Shown piece after piece: positions 1 through 8,686 of a stretch of DNA of 64,000 bases. Origin of the DNA: Chloroflexia bacterium. Lineage in GTDB: Bacteria; Chloroflexota; Chloroflexia; DTKN01. Position numbers and translations under genes: made by a program. The notes below the pieces were generated by a model that ran no database searches, was not told where the DNA came from, and saw only the letters and a list, made by a program, of their open reading frames with translations. Numbering within the stretch: the first letter of the stretch is position 1; the number at the start of each line of letters is the position of its first letter. Location of the stretch: positions 18,589-82,588 of the forward strand of contig JBDOIE010000015.1 in the NCBI GenBank assembly GCA_041082245.1. The letters run 5' to 3'.

Positions 1-535
1 CTTCCTTGCCGCGCGCAATGTGATGGGGGGTACCGTGGTGGGCCGAGCGATCTATACCCTGATGCGCACGGTCCTGAACCTGTGGCGTTCCGTAGAGCCG
101 CTCATCCAGGCCCTGATCTTCGCCTCCTGGGTCGGCTTTGGCCCGTTTGCGGGAGTACTCGGGCTGGGCGTCTGGAACATCCCCAACGTGGCCAAACTCT
201 TCTCGGAGGCGATCGAGGACATCGATACGGGTCCGGTGGAAGCGATCACCGCGACCGGCGCCACGCGCCTGCAAACACTTTTCTACGCGGTCGTCCCGCA
301 GCTGCTCCCGGCATTCCTCGCGTTTGTCCTTTATCAGTGGGATATCAGCATCCGGATGTCGACGGTCATCGGCTTTGTGGGTGGAGGCGGCCTGGGGCAG
401 CAGTTCCTGGCCTGGGTCGGGTTGGACGAGTACGGGAAAGCGGCTACCGCGCTTTGGGCGATCGTGGCGATGGTCTGGAGCATGGATTATGTGAGCGCCC
501 GGGTGCGCGAACGGTTCATCGGTGTGACGCGCTAG
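1..535 (+). CDS. phnE: Phosphonate ABC transporter permease PhnE-like, C-terminal part (5' end outside the window)
   Basis: ORF 20..535 is open to the left window edge. Hydrophobic permease C-terminus with a PhnE-type motif (EAIDTGPVEAITATGATRLQTLFYAVVPQLLP). Motif recognition only. Confidence 0.6.
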   Translation, partial: FLAARNVMGGTVVGRAIYTLMRTVLNLWRSVEPLIQALIFASWVGFGPFAGVLGLGVWNIPNVAKLFSEAIEDIDTGPVEAITATGATRLQTLFYAVVPQLLPAFLAFVLYQWDISIRMSTVIGFVGGGGLGQQFLAWVGLDEYGKAATALWAIVAMVWSMDYVSARVRERFIGVTR

Positions 536-566
536 CGTTGCGGTGCGTTACGAAATGGAGTAGCAA

Positions 567-599
567 GCGAGGGGACAGGTCTCGCACCTGTCCCCTCGC
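567..599. terminator. Perfect 14-bp inverted repeat (GCGAGGGGACAGGT / ACCTGTCCCCTCGC, 5-nt loop) between convergent phnE and the UPF0182 gene. Putative bidirectional terminator hairpin with no clear U-tract.
   Basis: Read directly from the sequence; it lies in the 107-nt gap between two converging stop codons. Confidence 0.4.
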
Positions 600-641
600 A
601 ATGTGCGCCCGGAAAGCGGTGCATGCCGGAGACCCTGCCGG

Positions 642-3491
642 TTACTGTTGCTCGGCCAGCCTCACGAGTTCCTCCAGGTCTGCCTGCAGCTGTTCCATCT
701 CTCTGCCGTAGCATGCCCAGTCCGCCCTGCGAAGGCATTCCTGCGCCGCGCGGTAGTGGTCAGCCGCCGAGCGCGCGACCTCCCCCCATCGGCGCTCCTG
801 CGCGGGCGGCGTTCCTGCGCCGAGCACCTGACGAAGCGCGTCCTCGAGCGTTTCCCCCATCGCGATCTGGTTTCCGTAGGCAACGATCACGCGGCGGAGC
901 TCCGGAATTTGCCCCGTCTCGGACTGCAGATAGAGCGGGCGTACGTAAAGCAGATTGTGCTCGATCGGAACCACGAGCATGTTCCCCAGGATGACCTGCG
1001 ATCCGTGCTGGTTCCAGAGCGTCAACTGCTGGGAGATGTAGGGGTGCTGGTTCGTCCGGGCCTCGATCTGGAACGGCCCATAGACCAGGCTCTGCTTCGG
1101 AAACTTGAACACGCCCAGCCGGCCATAGTCGTCCAGGTCGCATTGCACGTGCATCCAGGCGATCATGTTGTCCCGGTTCACAGGGGTGAACGGCACCATC
1201 AAGAAGAACTCTTCCTGTTCCCAGCCGGGAAGCCGCATGATCACGTAGTAGCTGTCGATGTACCGCTGTTCGCCGAGATAGGTCTCTTGGGCGAATTGCC
1301 AGGCATCTTCCTTGTTGTAGAAGACCTGTGGGTCACGCATATGATAGGTAGAGTACACGTAAGTCTGTGCGCGAAAGATCTCCTCCGGATAGCGCCAGTG
1401 TTCCCGCAGGCCCGCGGGCATCTCGGATACCGGACGGAAAAGCGTCGGAAAGATTGCGGCGTAGGTCTGCACCACCGGATCGTTTGGGTCCACGATATAG
1501 TAGGTCGTCGTGCCTTCGTATGGATCGATGACCACCTTGACCGCATTTCGGATGTAGTTCAACGACCCGTACGGTTCCGAATACGGATACATATTGCTCA
1601 CGGTGTAAGCGTCCTGAAGCCAGTAGATCTTCCCGTCCAGGATGACGGGATAGGGGTCATAATCGTAGGCGAGGAAAGGAGCGATGGTCTCGACCCGCTC
1701 CTGCACCGTCCGGTAGAACAGGATACGGCTCTCGGAGGTCACATAGTTGCTCACCAGGATCGGCAGGTCGCCAAAGCGAAGTGCGAAGGCCAGCCGCCGC
1801 AGGAATCCCCCCAGAGGGACACCGTCTTTCCCCTGATAGTGGGTGTAGACGTTCTCGTCCCCCTTCGGATAGTCGAACTCTTCTGCCGCGGTATTCACGA
1901 TGACATAATTGGTAGTTTCCTCTCCGATGTAGATCTCCGGCCGGTCCAACCGAAGCTCGTCGAAGGTGTGCCGCGGCGGGATATCTCGAAGATAGAAGCA
2001 GGGTTGGCCCTCCGTGCAGATCTCGTTGACCGGGCTCATGACGACGCCGTACCCGTGGGTGTACACGAGGTGCCGGTTCTGCCAGGTCTGGGCCTGTTCC
2101 GGCAGCTCATCGACAGAGAGCTCCCGCACAGCCAGCTCTACCTCCCGGTATTTCCCGCCAAGGCGGTAGCGCTCGACGTCGATATCGTGGAAATTGTAAT
2201 AGAGCCGGATCTCCTGTAGCTGGCTGTAGGTATCGTAGAGGGGCCGGTGGTCCCACAGCCGGATGTTCTCCAGCGTGCCCGCGTTGCGGTTGGCCGTTTC
2301 CAGGGTCAGCGTGCCCGTGACAGGATACTCGACTTCCTCCACGTGCTCCAGGCCGTAAGCCGCGAGTGTGTATCGGATGGCGTGCTCGATGTAGGGCCGC
2401 TCCATAGCGAGCTCACTGGGACGCACACGGAAGGTCTGCACGAGGGCAGGGTAAATCACCCCCATGACGAGCAGACAGGCGAGCCAGGTCCCGCCGCCGG
2501 CAGCCAGCAATGCCCACCGACGCCGCCACAGGTTCACGAGGAGCAACACCGCGCATCCGATGACGATCCATGTCAGCACGGCGTACGCCGGCCATCGGGC
2601 ATGCACATCCGTGTAGCTTGCGCCGAAGGCGGCGCCGTGCCGCGAGTACAGCAGCTGGTAGATCTTGAGCCGGTAATCCCACGCTTTGACCAGGAGCAAC
2701 AGGACACCGAGCAGCGACAGGTGGCCGAGCGCCGGTGCAGGGAAACTCCTGCGGCGCAGGGCAACGACGTAGATCAGCCCGGTCACCACCAGGGCGACTC
2801 CTGTGAGCCACAACAGCATGGCCTTCAGGTCCAGCAACAGCCTGAGGCGGAACAGGTAGAAGCCGAGATCCCGGCCGAACAGGGGATCGCGTGTGCCGAC
2901 CTCTACCCCGTGCAGGAACCGCAGCACGCGCATCCATTTCCCTTGCGCAACGCTACCGAACACGATCCCCGCGATGGCCGCAAGGGTCCACAGGATCGGG
3001 ATCGCCGCACGCCCACTGCGCCTCGGAAGCGGTGTCCACTCCTCTGTGCGCTCTCGCTGCCGGAGCAATGCATGCAAGGCTCCCTGCCAGGAGAAGCCCA
3101 GGAACAGGCTCGAGGGCAGGGCCGCGCCGAAGAACAACAGGAAGCGCGTAAGGACCTGCGTGCGGAACACCTCCCCGTAGCCCAGGTGCCCGAACCAGAG
3201 GGCATCGGTGTAGATGCGTACGCCCAGGGTAAGTGCAAGGACGAGCAGCAGCAGCCCTAGTGCGCCCACGATCCATGGCCAGAACCGCGCGGGCCGGCCT
3301 GGGCCACCCCACACCCCACGCCGACGGAGGTAGATACCGAGGGCGATCAGATCGGCCAGCACGAACAGCCCGATCAACACACCCCAGGCGCGAGAGGAAA
3401 TCAGGATCAAGAGGACAATAGCCACAATGACCCCAAGCGCGATGATCACACCCTGACGCTTTCCACGCATAGCGATCTCCTCCTCATCCAT
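642..3491 (-). CDS. UPF0182-family large membrane protein. N-terminal multi-TM region plus a large C-terminal domain.
   Basis: ORF 642..3599 on the minus strand. Start refined to the ATG at 3491 (MDEEEIAMRGKR), which has a GGGAGG-like RBS and an 8-nt overlap (ATGGATGA) with the upstream M28-like gene. Seven or more hydrophobic helices are followed by a conserved soluble region (YYVIMRLPGWEQEEFFLMVPFTPVNRDNMIAWMHVQ). Family assigned from memory. Confidence 0.6.
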   Translation of the reverse strand: MDEEEIAMRGKRQGVIIALGVIVAIVLLILISSRAWGVLIGLFVLADLIALGIYLRRRGVWGGPGRPARFWPWIVGALGLLLLVLALTLGVRIYTDALWFGHLGYGEVFRTQVLTRFLLFFGAALPSSLFLGFSWQGALHALLRQRERTEEWTPLPRRSGRAAIPILWTLAAIAGIVFGSVAQGKWMRVLRFLHGVEVGTRDPLFGRDLGFYLFRLRLLLDLKAMLLWLTGVALVVTGLIYVVALRRRSFPAPALGHLSLLGVLLLLVKAWDYRLKIYQLLYSRHGAAFGASYTDVHARWPAYAVLTWIVIGCAVLLLVNLWRRRWALLAAGGGTWLACLLVMGVIYPALVQTFRVRPSELAMERPYIEHAIRYTLAAYGLEHVEEVEYPVTGTLTLETANRNAGTLENIRLWDHRPLYDTYSQLQEIRLYYNFHDIDVERYRLGGKYREVELAVRELSVDELPEQAQTWQNRHLVYTHGYGVVMSPVNEICTEGQPCFYLRDIPPRHTFDELRLDRPEIYIGEETTNYVIVNTAAEEFDYPKGDENVYTHYQGKDGVPLGGFLRRLAFALRFGDLPILVSNYVTSESRILFYRTVQERVETIAPFLAYDYDPYPVILDGKIYWLQDAYTVSNMYPYSEPYGSLNYIRNAVKVVIDPYEGTTTYYIVDPNDPVVQTYAAIFPTLFRPVSEMPAGLREHWRYPEEIFRAQTYVYSTYHMRDPQVFYNKEDAWQFAQETYLGEQRYIDSYYVIMRLPGWEQEEFFLMVPFTPVNRDNMIAWMHVQCDLDDYGRLGVFKFPKQSLVYGPFQIEARTNQHPYISQQLTLWNQHGSQVILGNMLVVPIEHNLLYVRPLYLQSETGQIPELRRVIVAYGNQIAMGETLEDALRQVLGAGTPPAQERRWGEVARSAADHYRAAQECLRRADWACYGREMEQLQADLEELVRLAEQQ

Positions 3492-4632
3492 CCTGGGCCG
3501 GCCTCCCGGTGTCGAGCGTGTCCAGGCCCCTGGCGACGCTGGCCGCGAGCCGGACGGCCTGTTCCAGCACTTCGGGTTCCACCTGGGAGGATGTATCACT
3601 GGGCCAGTGCCAGTTGGCCGGAAGCCCCTTTTCGAGCGTCATCAGGCTTACCGCCCGGTAACCCCGTGCCAGTGGAACCAGCGCGCTCGTGCTCCCGGCG
3701 CGAAAAGGCCGAAAGGCCGCCTTTGCCTCACTGCGGCGGGCCAGGTCGATGAGCGTCGCATCCGACCGGTGCGGCCAGAGTACGCCCTCCGCCGTGACGA
3801 CTGTGAGTTCCCCCCGGCCCACGCTCTCCAGGTTCACGAAGAACGCCTCGTCCCGCGGAAACGGGTAACGGCCCAGGAAATGCTGTATCCCCTGGGGCGC
3901 GGACTTACCGCACCCGGTCGCGACGAACCACAGGGCCGTATGGTCGAGGTCGTCCAATTCTTCCGCCAGCCACAGGAGTACGGCGACTCCGGAAGCGTTG
4001 TCGTTTGCCCCGGGAACGTGCGGCATCACCGCCTCGCGGTGTACGAGGAGGAGGAGAAACAACGCGAGGTACCCCGCCGGAATACCCTGCAAGTAAAGCG
4101 GCCACGGACTTCCCGTCGCCCAATGCAGGACCATCAGCACCGGAACACATACCAGCGCCACGGCCAGGAGCAGGAAAGAACACCGGATGCTGCGGACCCA
4201 CCGGGGGTGGAACAGGAGTGCAGCGCGCGCCGTATCCAGGTTCGCGAAGAAGATCAGGTGTCGCCTCTGTTCACGGCTGGGTGGCCGTGTGCCGACCACG
4301 TTCTGGCTCTTTCCCCAGGCAAGCCACGAAGAGACAACCGGAAAAGACAGCATCTCCAGCACAAAACCGGTTAGTACGAGCAGAGCCAGAGCGAGTCCCG
4401 CCGGGCGAGCAACGCGGTAGAGCAGGGGCGACAAGGAACCGAGCAGGCAGAGCAGCCCGCAGGGCAAACTGGACGTGGTCACGGCGCGAAACGGCTGTAC
4501 TTCCACCGCCAAGCCGCCTTCCCGCATCCTTGCGTTGACATAAGCGGCAGCCTGGGCCTCCGCCGCGGACGTCGACGGGCGAGGGCCGATGGTGTCGGCA
4601 AGGAACCGCACGATTTCCATCGCGTCCCGCAT
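3484..4632 (-). CDS. M28-family (Zn-aminopeptidase fold) membrane protein. The catalytic-type region is interrupted by about 5 TM helices, and the Glu-Glu motif is not evident.
   Basis: HVPGANDNASGVAVLLWLAEEL matches the M28 Asp/Zn-binding motif. Hydrophobic helices lie between the N-terminal segment and this motif. Translationally coupled to the UPF0182 gene. Confidence 0.5.
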   Translation of the reverse strand: MRDAMEIVRFLADTIGPRPSTSAAEAQAAAYVNARMREGGLAVEVQPFRAVTTSSLPCGLLCLLGSLSPLLYRVARPAGLALALLVLTGFVLEMLSFPVVSSWLAWGKSQNVVGTRPPSREQRRHLIFFANLDTARAALLFHPRWVRSIRCSFLLLAVALVCVPVLMVLHWATGSPWPLYLQGIPAGYLALFLLLLVHREAVMPHVPGANDNASGVAVLLWLAEELDDLDHTALWFVATGCGKSAPQGIQHFLGRYPFPRDEAFFVNLESVGRGELTVVTAEGVLWPHRSDATLIDLARRSEAKAAFRPFRAGSTSALVPLARGYRAVSLMTLEKGLPANWHWPSDTSSQVEPEVLEQAVRLAASVARGLDTLDTGRPAQDG

Positions 4633-4806
4633 CGTCCGCTCCTTTCTGGACTATACGGCCCACGCGGCGATCGGTTGCATGCCTCCGCGGCCCCCACCGT
4701 ACGTTCGCTCCGATCCCCTCACCGACGTTACGGCCCCTGGATCGCGCTCGGTGATAGGCCTCGCGCCTTCGAAAACGCACGGGCATATCGCACGAAGCGA
4801 GAGGAA

Positions 4807-5889
4807 TCATGGAGCGGCTGCGAGCGCTTCCTTGAGCACCTGGATCGCCGGGATGGATGTCGGGTCCGCACGGTAGAGCATCGCGAGGTAATAGCTCGTT
4901 GCATCGCCCAGCAGCACAGATGTGAGCATCTGGGCCAGGTCCCCACAGCCGCGGCTCGTGACCACACGACAGGGGGTACCGCCTTCCTCGAAGATGCGGC
5001 GGGTGATGTCCATCCGCAGCCGGTTGCGAGGGTGATCGGCATCCGAGGCGAGCAGGATCGCCCGCACGTTCGAAGCAAGTCGCGGAGGGTAAGCTGTGCC
5101 CGCGACAACGTTGTGGTCCATTTCCGGGAGCTCGTCGCACATCGCCCAGGACTTGCTGTTCTCGTTGAACTGCCCCTTCCAGCGGCGGGCGACCGGAGCC
5201 AGAAGCCCCGAACCGCAGATGAACGGAAGATGGCCGTAGAGCCAGCGCGCCAGCTCCTTAGCTGGATTCCGTTCTTCGGGGATCTCGGGCCGTACCTCCA
5301 GGAGGAGCTCGTTCAACAGGGAGACCGCTTCCTCCACCTGAGGCGTAGGGTCGGGAAGAAGGTCCAACCGCACGAGCACGCCCAGGAGCAGGAGAAAGCT
5401 GTATCCCAGCGCCTCGCGCGGCTGAGCGAGGTAATCGAACTGGAGCACATCGATTCCCCAGTCACGGGCGCGTCTCGCGAGCTCCCCGCCCGTCGTGACC
5501 GCGATCAGCGTCGCGCCGCGCCGTCGCGCCTCCTCCGCTGCAGAAAGCGTTTCCTCGGTGTTCCCCGAGTAGCTGGACGCGATGACCAGCGTATGCCGGC
5601 CCGCGAAGGCGGGAAGCCCGTAATCGCGATGTACCGTTACCGGCAAGGATGACCATCGTTCCGCGAGCGCGCGGACCAGGTCCCCTCCGATGGCCGATCC
5701 GCCCATACCGGCGATCACCACGGCGCGGGGTGGTGCGGGCGTAGCCGGTGGGGACCAGCTACGGACAAGCTCCCAGGCACGGCGGCACTGGTTCGGCAGG
5801 TCGAAAAGGCGCGCACCTGCCCGGGAGCGGTCGATCTCCAGGTAAGTGTTGGGGTCATCGAGATCGGGTAGGGGAAGAATCGTCGCCAC
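4807..5889 (-). CDS. Bifunctional phosphoglucose/phosphomannose isomerase (SIS-domain PGI/PMI family)
   Basis: VVIAGMGGSAIGGDLV and IASSYSGNTEETL SIS motifs. Start placed at an in-frame GTG (5889) preceded by AAGGAGG with a 5-nt spacer. Any longer N-terminal extension would have no RBS. Confidence 0.75.
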   Translation of the reverse strand: MATILPLPDLDDPNTYLEIDRSRAGARLFDLPNQCRRAWELVRSWSPPATPAPPRAVVIAGMGGSAIGGDLVRALAERWSSLPVTVHRDYGLPAFAGRHTLVIASSYSGNTEETLSAAEEARRRGATLIAVTTGGELARRARDWGIDVLQFDYLAQPREALGYSFLLLLGVLVRLDLLPDPTPQVEEAVSLLNELLLEVRPEIPEERNPAKELARWLYGHLPFICGSGLLAPVARRWKGQFNENSKSWAMCDELPEMDHNVVAGTAYPPRLASNVRAILLASDADHPRNRLRMDITRRIFEEGGTPCRVVTSRGCGDLAQMLTSVLLGDATSYYLAMLYRADPTSIPAIQVLKEALAAAP

Positions 5890-5929
5890 ACCATCCTCCT
5901 TCGATCGGGCGATCTCCTGGCTGGCCGAG

Positions 5930-5958
5930 AGTATAGCACAGGGGTGCGGCCGGGTCAA
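5930..5958 (-). promoter_or_regulatory. Sigma70-like promoter for the PGI/PMI gene: TTGACC, 17 bp, TATACT (TG-extended), read on the minus strand
   Basis: Hexamers and spacing read directly from the sequence. It sits about 40 nt upstream of the GTG start at 5889. Confidence 0.45.
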
Positions 5959-5962
5959 GCGT

Positions 5963-5991
5963 TTGCGCCTGCCCCGTAAACCTGGTACAAT
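5963..5991 (+). promoter_or_regulatory. Sigma70-like promoter for parA: TTGCGC, 17 bp, TACAAT (TG-extended)
   Basis: Hexamers read directly. It lies back-to-back with the PGI promoter, about 35 nt upstream of the parA ATG. Confidence 0.45.
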
Positions 5992-6026
5992 AGGGCCGAC
6001 CGGTAGCGCTGGTGGGACATCGCCCG

Positions 6027-6827
6027 ATGGGATATACATTTGCCCTGGCCAATCAGAAAGGCGGCGTCGGCAAGACGACGACGGCGGTTAACCTGAGTGC
6101 CTTCCTGGCAAGGCAAGGGTACCATGTCCTCCTCGTAGACGGTGATCCCCAGGGAAATGCGACGACAAGCCTGGGAATCGCAAAGTCGAGGCTGCGGGCT
6201 ACCCTTTACGAAGCACTCCTGGACCACCTGCCCCTGGATCGGGTGATTGTCCCGACCGGACGTTCGGGCCTCGATCTTGTTCCAGCGACGGTGCAGCTTG
6301 CCGGGGCCACAGTGGAGCTGCTGGCACAGGAAGGGCGGGAACAGCGGCTGGAGCAGGTGCTGCGGCCGTACCGTGAGCTGTACGATTTCGTGTGCATCGA
6401 TGCCCCGCCTTCGCTCGGGCTGTTGACCATCAATGCACTTGTGGCTTCGCAGGGAGTGTTGATCCCGCTCCAGTGCGAGTACCTCGCGATGGAGGGCCTG
6501 GCGCAGCTTCTGGGGACAGTGCGGCGCGTCCAGCAGCGCCTCAATCCGGGATTGCAGCTGATCGGGATCGTGATGACGATGTACGACAGCCGCACGCGCC
6601 TGTCCCTGGAAGTTGTCCAGGAAGTGCAGCGCCATTTGCCTGGCCGAATGTTCCGCACGGTGATCCCGCGCACGGTGCGCCTGGGCGAAGCACCGAGCCA
6701 TGGCCGAACGATCTGGGAGTACGACGCCCACAGCTACGGGGCGCTTGCGTACGAACGGCTCGGGCAGGAGTTCCTGGCGCGCTTGGGGTTCACCGTCCCG
6801 GAACGGAAGGAGGGGGCGCATGTCTGA
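6027..6827 (+). CDS. parA: ParA/Soj chromosome-partitioning ATPase
   Basis: Deviant Walker A (ALANQKGGVGKTTTAVNLSAFLA) and DGDPQGN motif. ATG at 6027 chosen; the ORF track begins at a GTG at 6012. Confidence 0.85.
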   Translation: MGYTFALANQKGGVGKTTTAVNLSAFLARQGYHVLLVDGDPQGNATTSLGIAKSRLRATLYEALLDHLPLDRVIVPTGRSGLDLVPATVQLAGATVELLAQEGREQRLEQVLRPYRELYDFVCIDAPPSLGLLTINALVASQGVLIPLQCEYLAMEGLAQLLGTVRRVQQRLNPGLQLIGIVMTMYDSRTRLSLEVVQEVQRHLPGRMFRTVIPRTVRLGEAPSHGRTIWEYDAHSYGALAYERLGQEFLARLGFTVPERKEGAHV

Positions 6828-7665
6828 ACGCAGGCGGCTTGGGCGCGGGCTAGACGCGCTTATCCCCACGGCAGGAGAGAGCGAAGGGATCCGCGAAATC
6901 CCGCTGGAACGGATCGTGCCGAACCCCCGCCAGCCGCGCCAGCGGGAGGATCCCGAGGGGCTGCAGGAACTTGCTGCATCGATCGCGGCGCACGGGGTGC
7001 TGCAGCCGGTCATCGTGACCGAGGTGCTGGATGCGCTTCCGCCGACCTATCAGCTCGTCGCAGGGGAACGGCGCTGGCGTGCCGCGCGTCTGGCCGGGTT
7101 GACCACGATTCCGGCGATCGTGAAGGATGTCTCGCCGCGGCAGATGGTGGAGCTCGCGCTGGTCGAGAACCTCCAGCGCGAAGATCTGAACCCGCTGGAA
7201 GAAGCGGAAGCTTACCGGGTGCTGGTGGAAGAGTTCGGGTTGAACCACGACGATGTGGCACGTCAGGTCGGGCGAAGCCGGCCGGCTGTGACGAACAGCC
7301 TGCGTCTCTTACAGCTTCCCGAGCCCGTGCGGGAACGTGTGGCTTCGGGCGAGTTGTCGGCCGGGCACGCTCGGGCGTTGCTTTCGCTCCCTACGCCGGA
7401 GGCCCAGGTGAAGGCGATGGAGATCGTCCTCCGACGCGGGCTGAGCGTACGCCAGACCGAACGGCTCGTGCGCGGCCTCTTGCGCCGCAGAGAGCGAGGC
7501 GTGGCCACGCGGCGGGACGAGCCGGAGATCGCCGCCCTGGAGGCGCGCTTGCAAGGGTTGCTGGGCACCCGGGTCCGTATCCAGCGGGGGCGCAAAGGAG
7601 GCCGTCTCGTCATCTACTTCTTTTCCGACGAGGAGCTGGAAGCGCTGCTACAGCGTTTGGAATGA
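6820..7665 (+). CDS. parB: ParB/Spo0J partition protein
   Basis: ParB box (MSERRRLGRGLDALIP ... PNPRQPR ... QPVIV). ATG at 6820 follows GGAGGGGG and overlaps the parA stop by 8 nt. Confidence 0.85.
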   Translation: MSERRRLGRGLDALIPTAGESEGIREIPLERIVPNPRQPRQREDPEGLQELAASIAAHGVLQPVIVTEVLDALPPTYQLVAGERRWRAARLAGLTTIPAIVKDVSPRQMVELALVENLQREDLNPLEEAEAYRVLVEEFGLNHDDVARQVGRSRPAVTNSLRLLQLPEPVRERVASGELSAGHARALLSLPTPEAQVKAMEIVLRRGLSVRQTERLVRGLLRRRERGVATRRDEPEIAALEARLQGLLGTRVRIQRGRKGGRLVIYFFSDEELEALLQRLE

Positions 7666-7694
7666 CCCGCCTTTAGCGGGGCAAGGAGGAAACC

Positions 7695-8627
7695 ATGCCG
7701 CTGGTCAATTCGCGTGCACTGTTCGAACGGGCTTCGAAAGAGGGGTATGCCATCGGTGGGTTCAATGTGAACAACATGGAGATTCTGCAGGGAATCGTCG
7801 ATGCCGCAGAGGAGAAGCGTGCGCCTCTGATCCTTCAGGTCTCAGCCGGTGCGCGGCGCTATGCGCGCCACGAGTACCTGACGAAGCTGGTCGAAGCGGC
7901 GGTGCTGACGAGCAGTGTTCCGATCGTGCTCCACCTCGACCACGGGGAGGATTTCGCGATCTGCAAGAGCTGCATCGACGGCGGCTTTACCTCGGTGATG
8001 ATCGACGGGTCGCGGCTGCCGTTCGAAGAGAACATCGCCCTGACGCGGCAGGTCGTGGAGTATGCCCATCCCCGCGGTGTTACCGTGGAAGCGGAACTGG
8101 GTCGGCTGGCCGGGATCGAGGACGACGTTTCGGCCACCGAGCGTGAGGCGCGCTTCACAGACCCCGACCAGGCCGCCGAGTTCGTGGCACGTACCGGATG
8201 CGACTCGCTGGCCGTAGCGATCGGGACGAGCCACGGGGCCTATAAGTTCAAAGGGGAACCGCGTCTGGACTTCGATCGTCTGCGTGCCATCGTGGAGAAA
8301 TTGCCCCCGGGGTACCCGCTCGTGCTCCACGGGGCTTCCAGTGTCCTTCCTGAGTTGGTGCAGATCTGCAACGCTTACGGCGGCAATATCCCGGGTGCCC
8401 AGGGCGTGCCGGAGGAGATGATCATCGAGGCGCGCAAGATCGGCATCCGGAAGGTGAACATCGATACCGACCTTCGGTTGGCGTTTACAGGTGCGGTGCG
8501 CAAGTACCTGTTCGAGCATCCGGAGGAATTCGATCCGCGCAAGTACCTGGCCCCTGCCCGCGAGGCAATCCGCCAGGTCGTGCTCCACAAGCTGGACGTG
8601 CTGGGTTGCGTGGGAAAGGCCGACTGA
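7695..8627 (+). CDS. fba: Class II fructose-bisphosphate aldolase
   Basis: GGFNVNNMEILQGIVDAAEE, LHLDHG and HGASSV motifs. AAGGAGGA RBS 6 nt upstream of the ATG. Confidence 0.85.
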   Translation: MPLVNSRALFERASKEGYAIGGFNVNNMEILQGIVDAAEEKRAPLILQVSAGARRYARHEYLTKLVEAAVLTSSVPIVLHLDHGEDFAICKSCIDGGFTSVMIDGSRLPFEENIALTRQVVEYAHPRGVTVEAELGRLAGIEDDVSATEREARFTDPDQAAEFVARTGCDSLAVAIGTSHGAYKFKGEPRLDFDRLRAIVEKLPPGYPLVLHGASSVLPELVQICNAYGGNIPGAQGVPEEMIIEARKIGIRKVNIDTDLRLAFTGAVRKYLFEHPEEFDPRKYLAPAREAIRQVVLHKLDVLGCVGKAD

Positions 8628-8686
8628 GCTCGGCGCAGGCCGGGCAGGGCCCACCATCCCGGCGGTAAACCGGCAGGAGGGACTCG

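Noticed and set aside
603-2219. Long plus-strand ORFs (603..2219, 538 aa, plus several 100-300-aa ORFs) antisense to the UPF0182 gene, and similar shadow ORFs throughout, for example 2247..3260, 9203..10426, 12235..13236, 16045..17226, 40692..42935, 45016..46353 and 60772..61590.
   Set aside because: They have low-complexity Arg/Pro/Gly/Ala-rich compositions typical of antisense or off-frame translation in roughly 70% GC DNA. There are no ribosome-binding sites, and they overlap strongly supported genes on the opposite strand.
5890-6030. DnaA-box cluster or oriC next to parAB.
   Set aside because: I looked for TTATCCACA-like 9-mers around parAB and found no exact or clustered matches. A replication origin cannot be claimed from this window.
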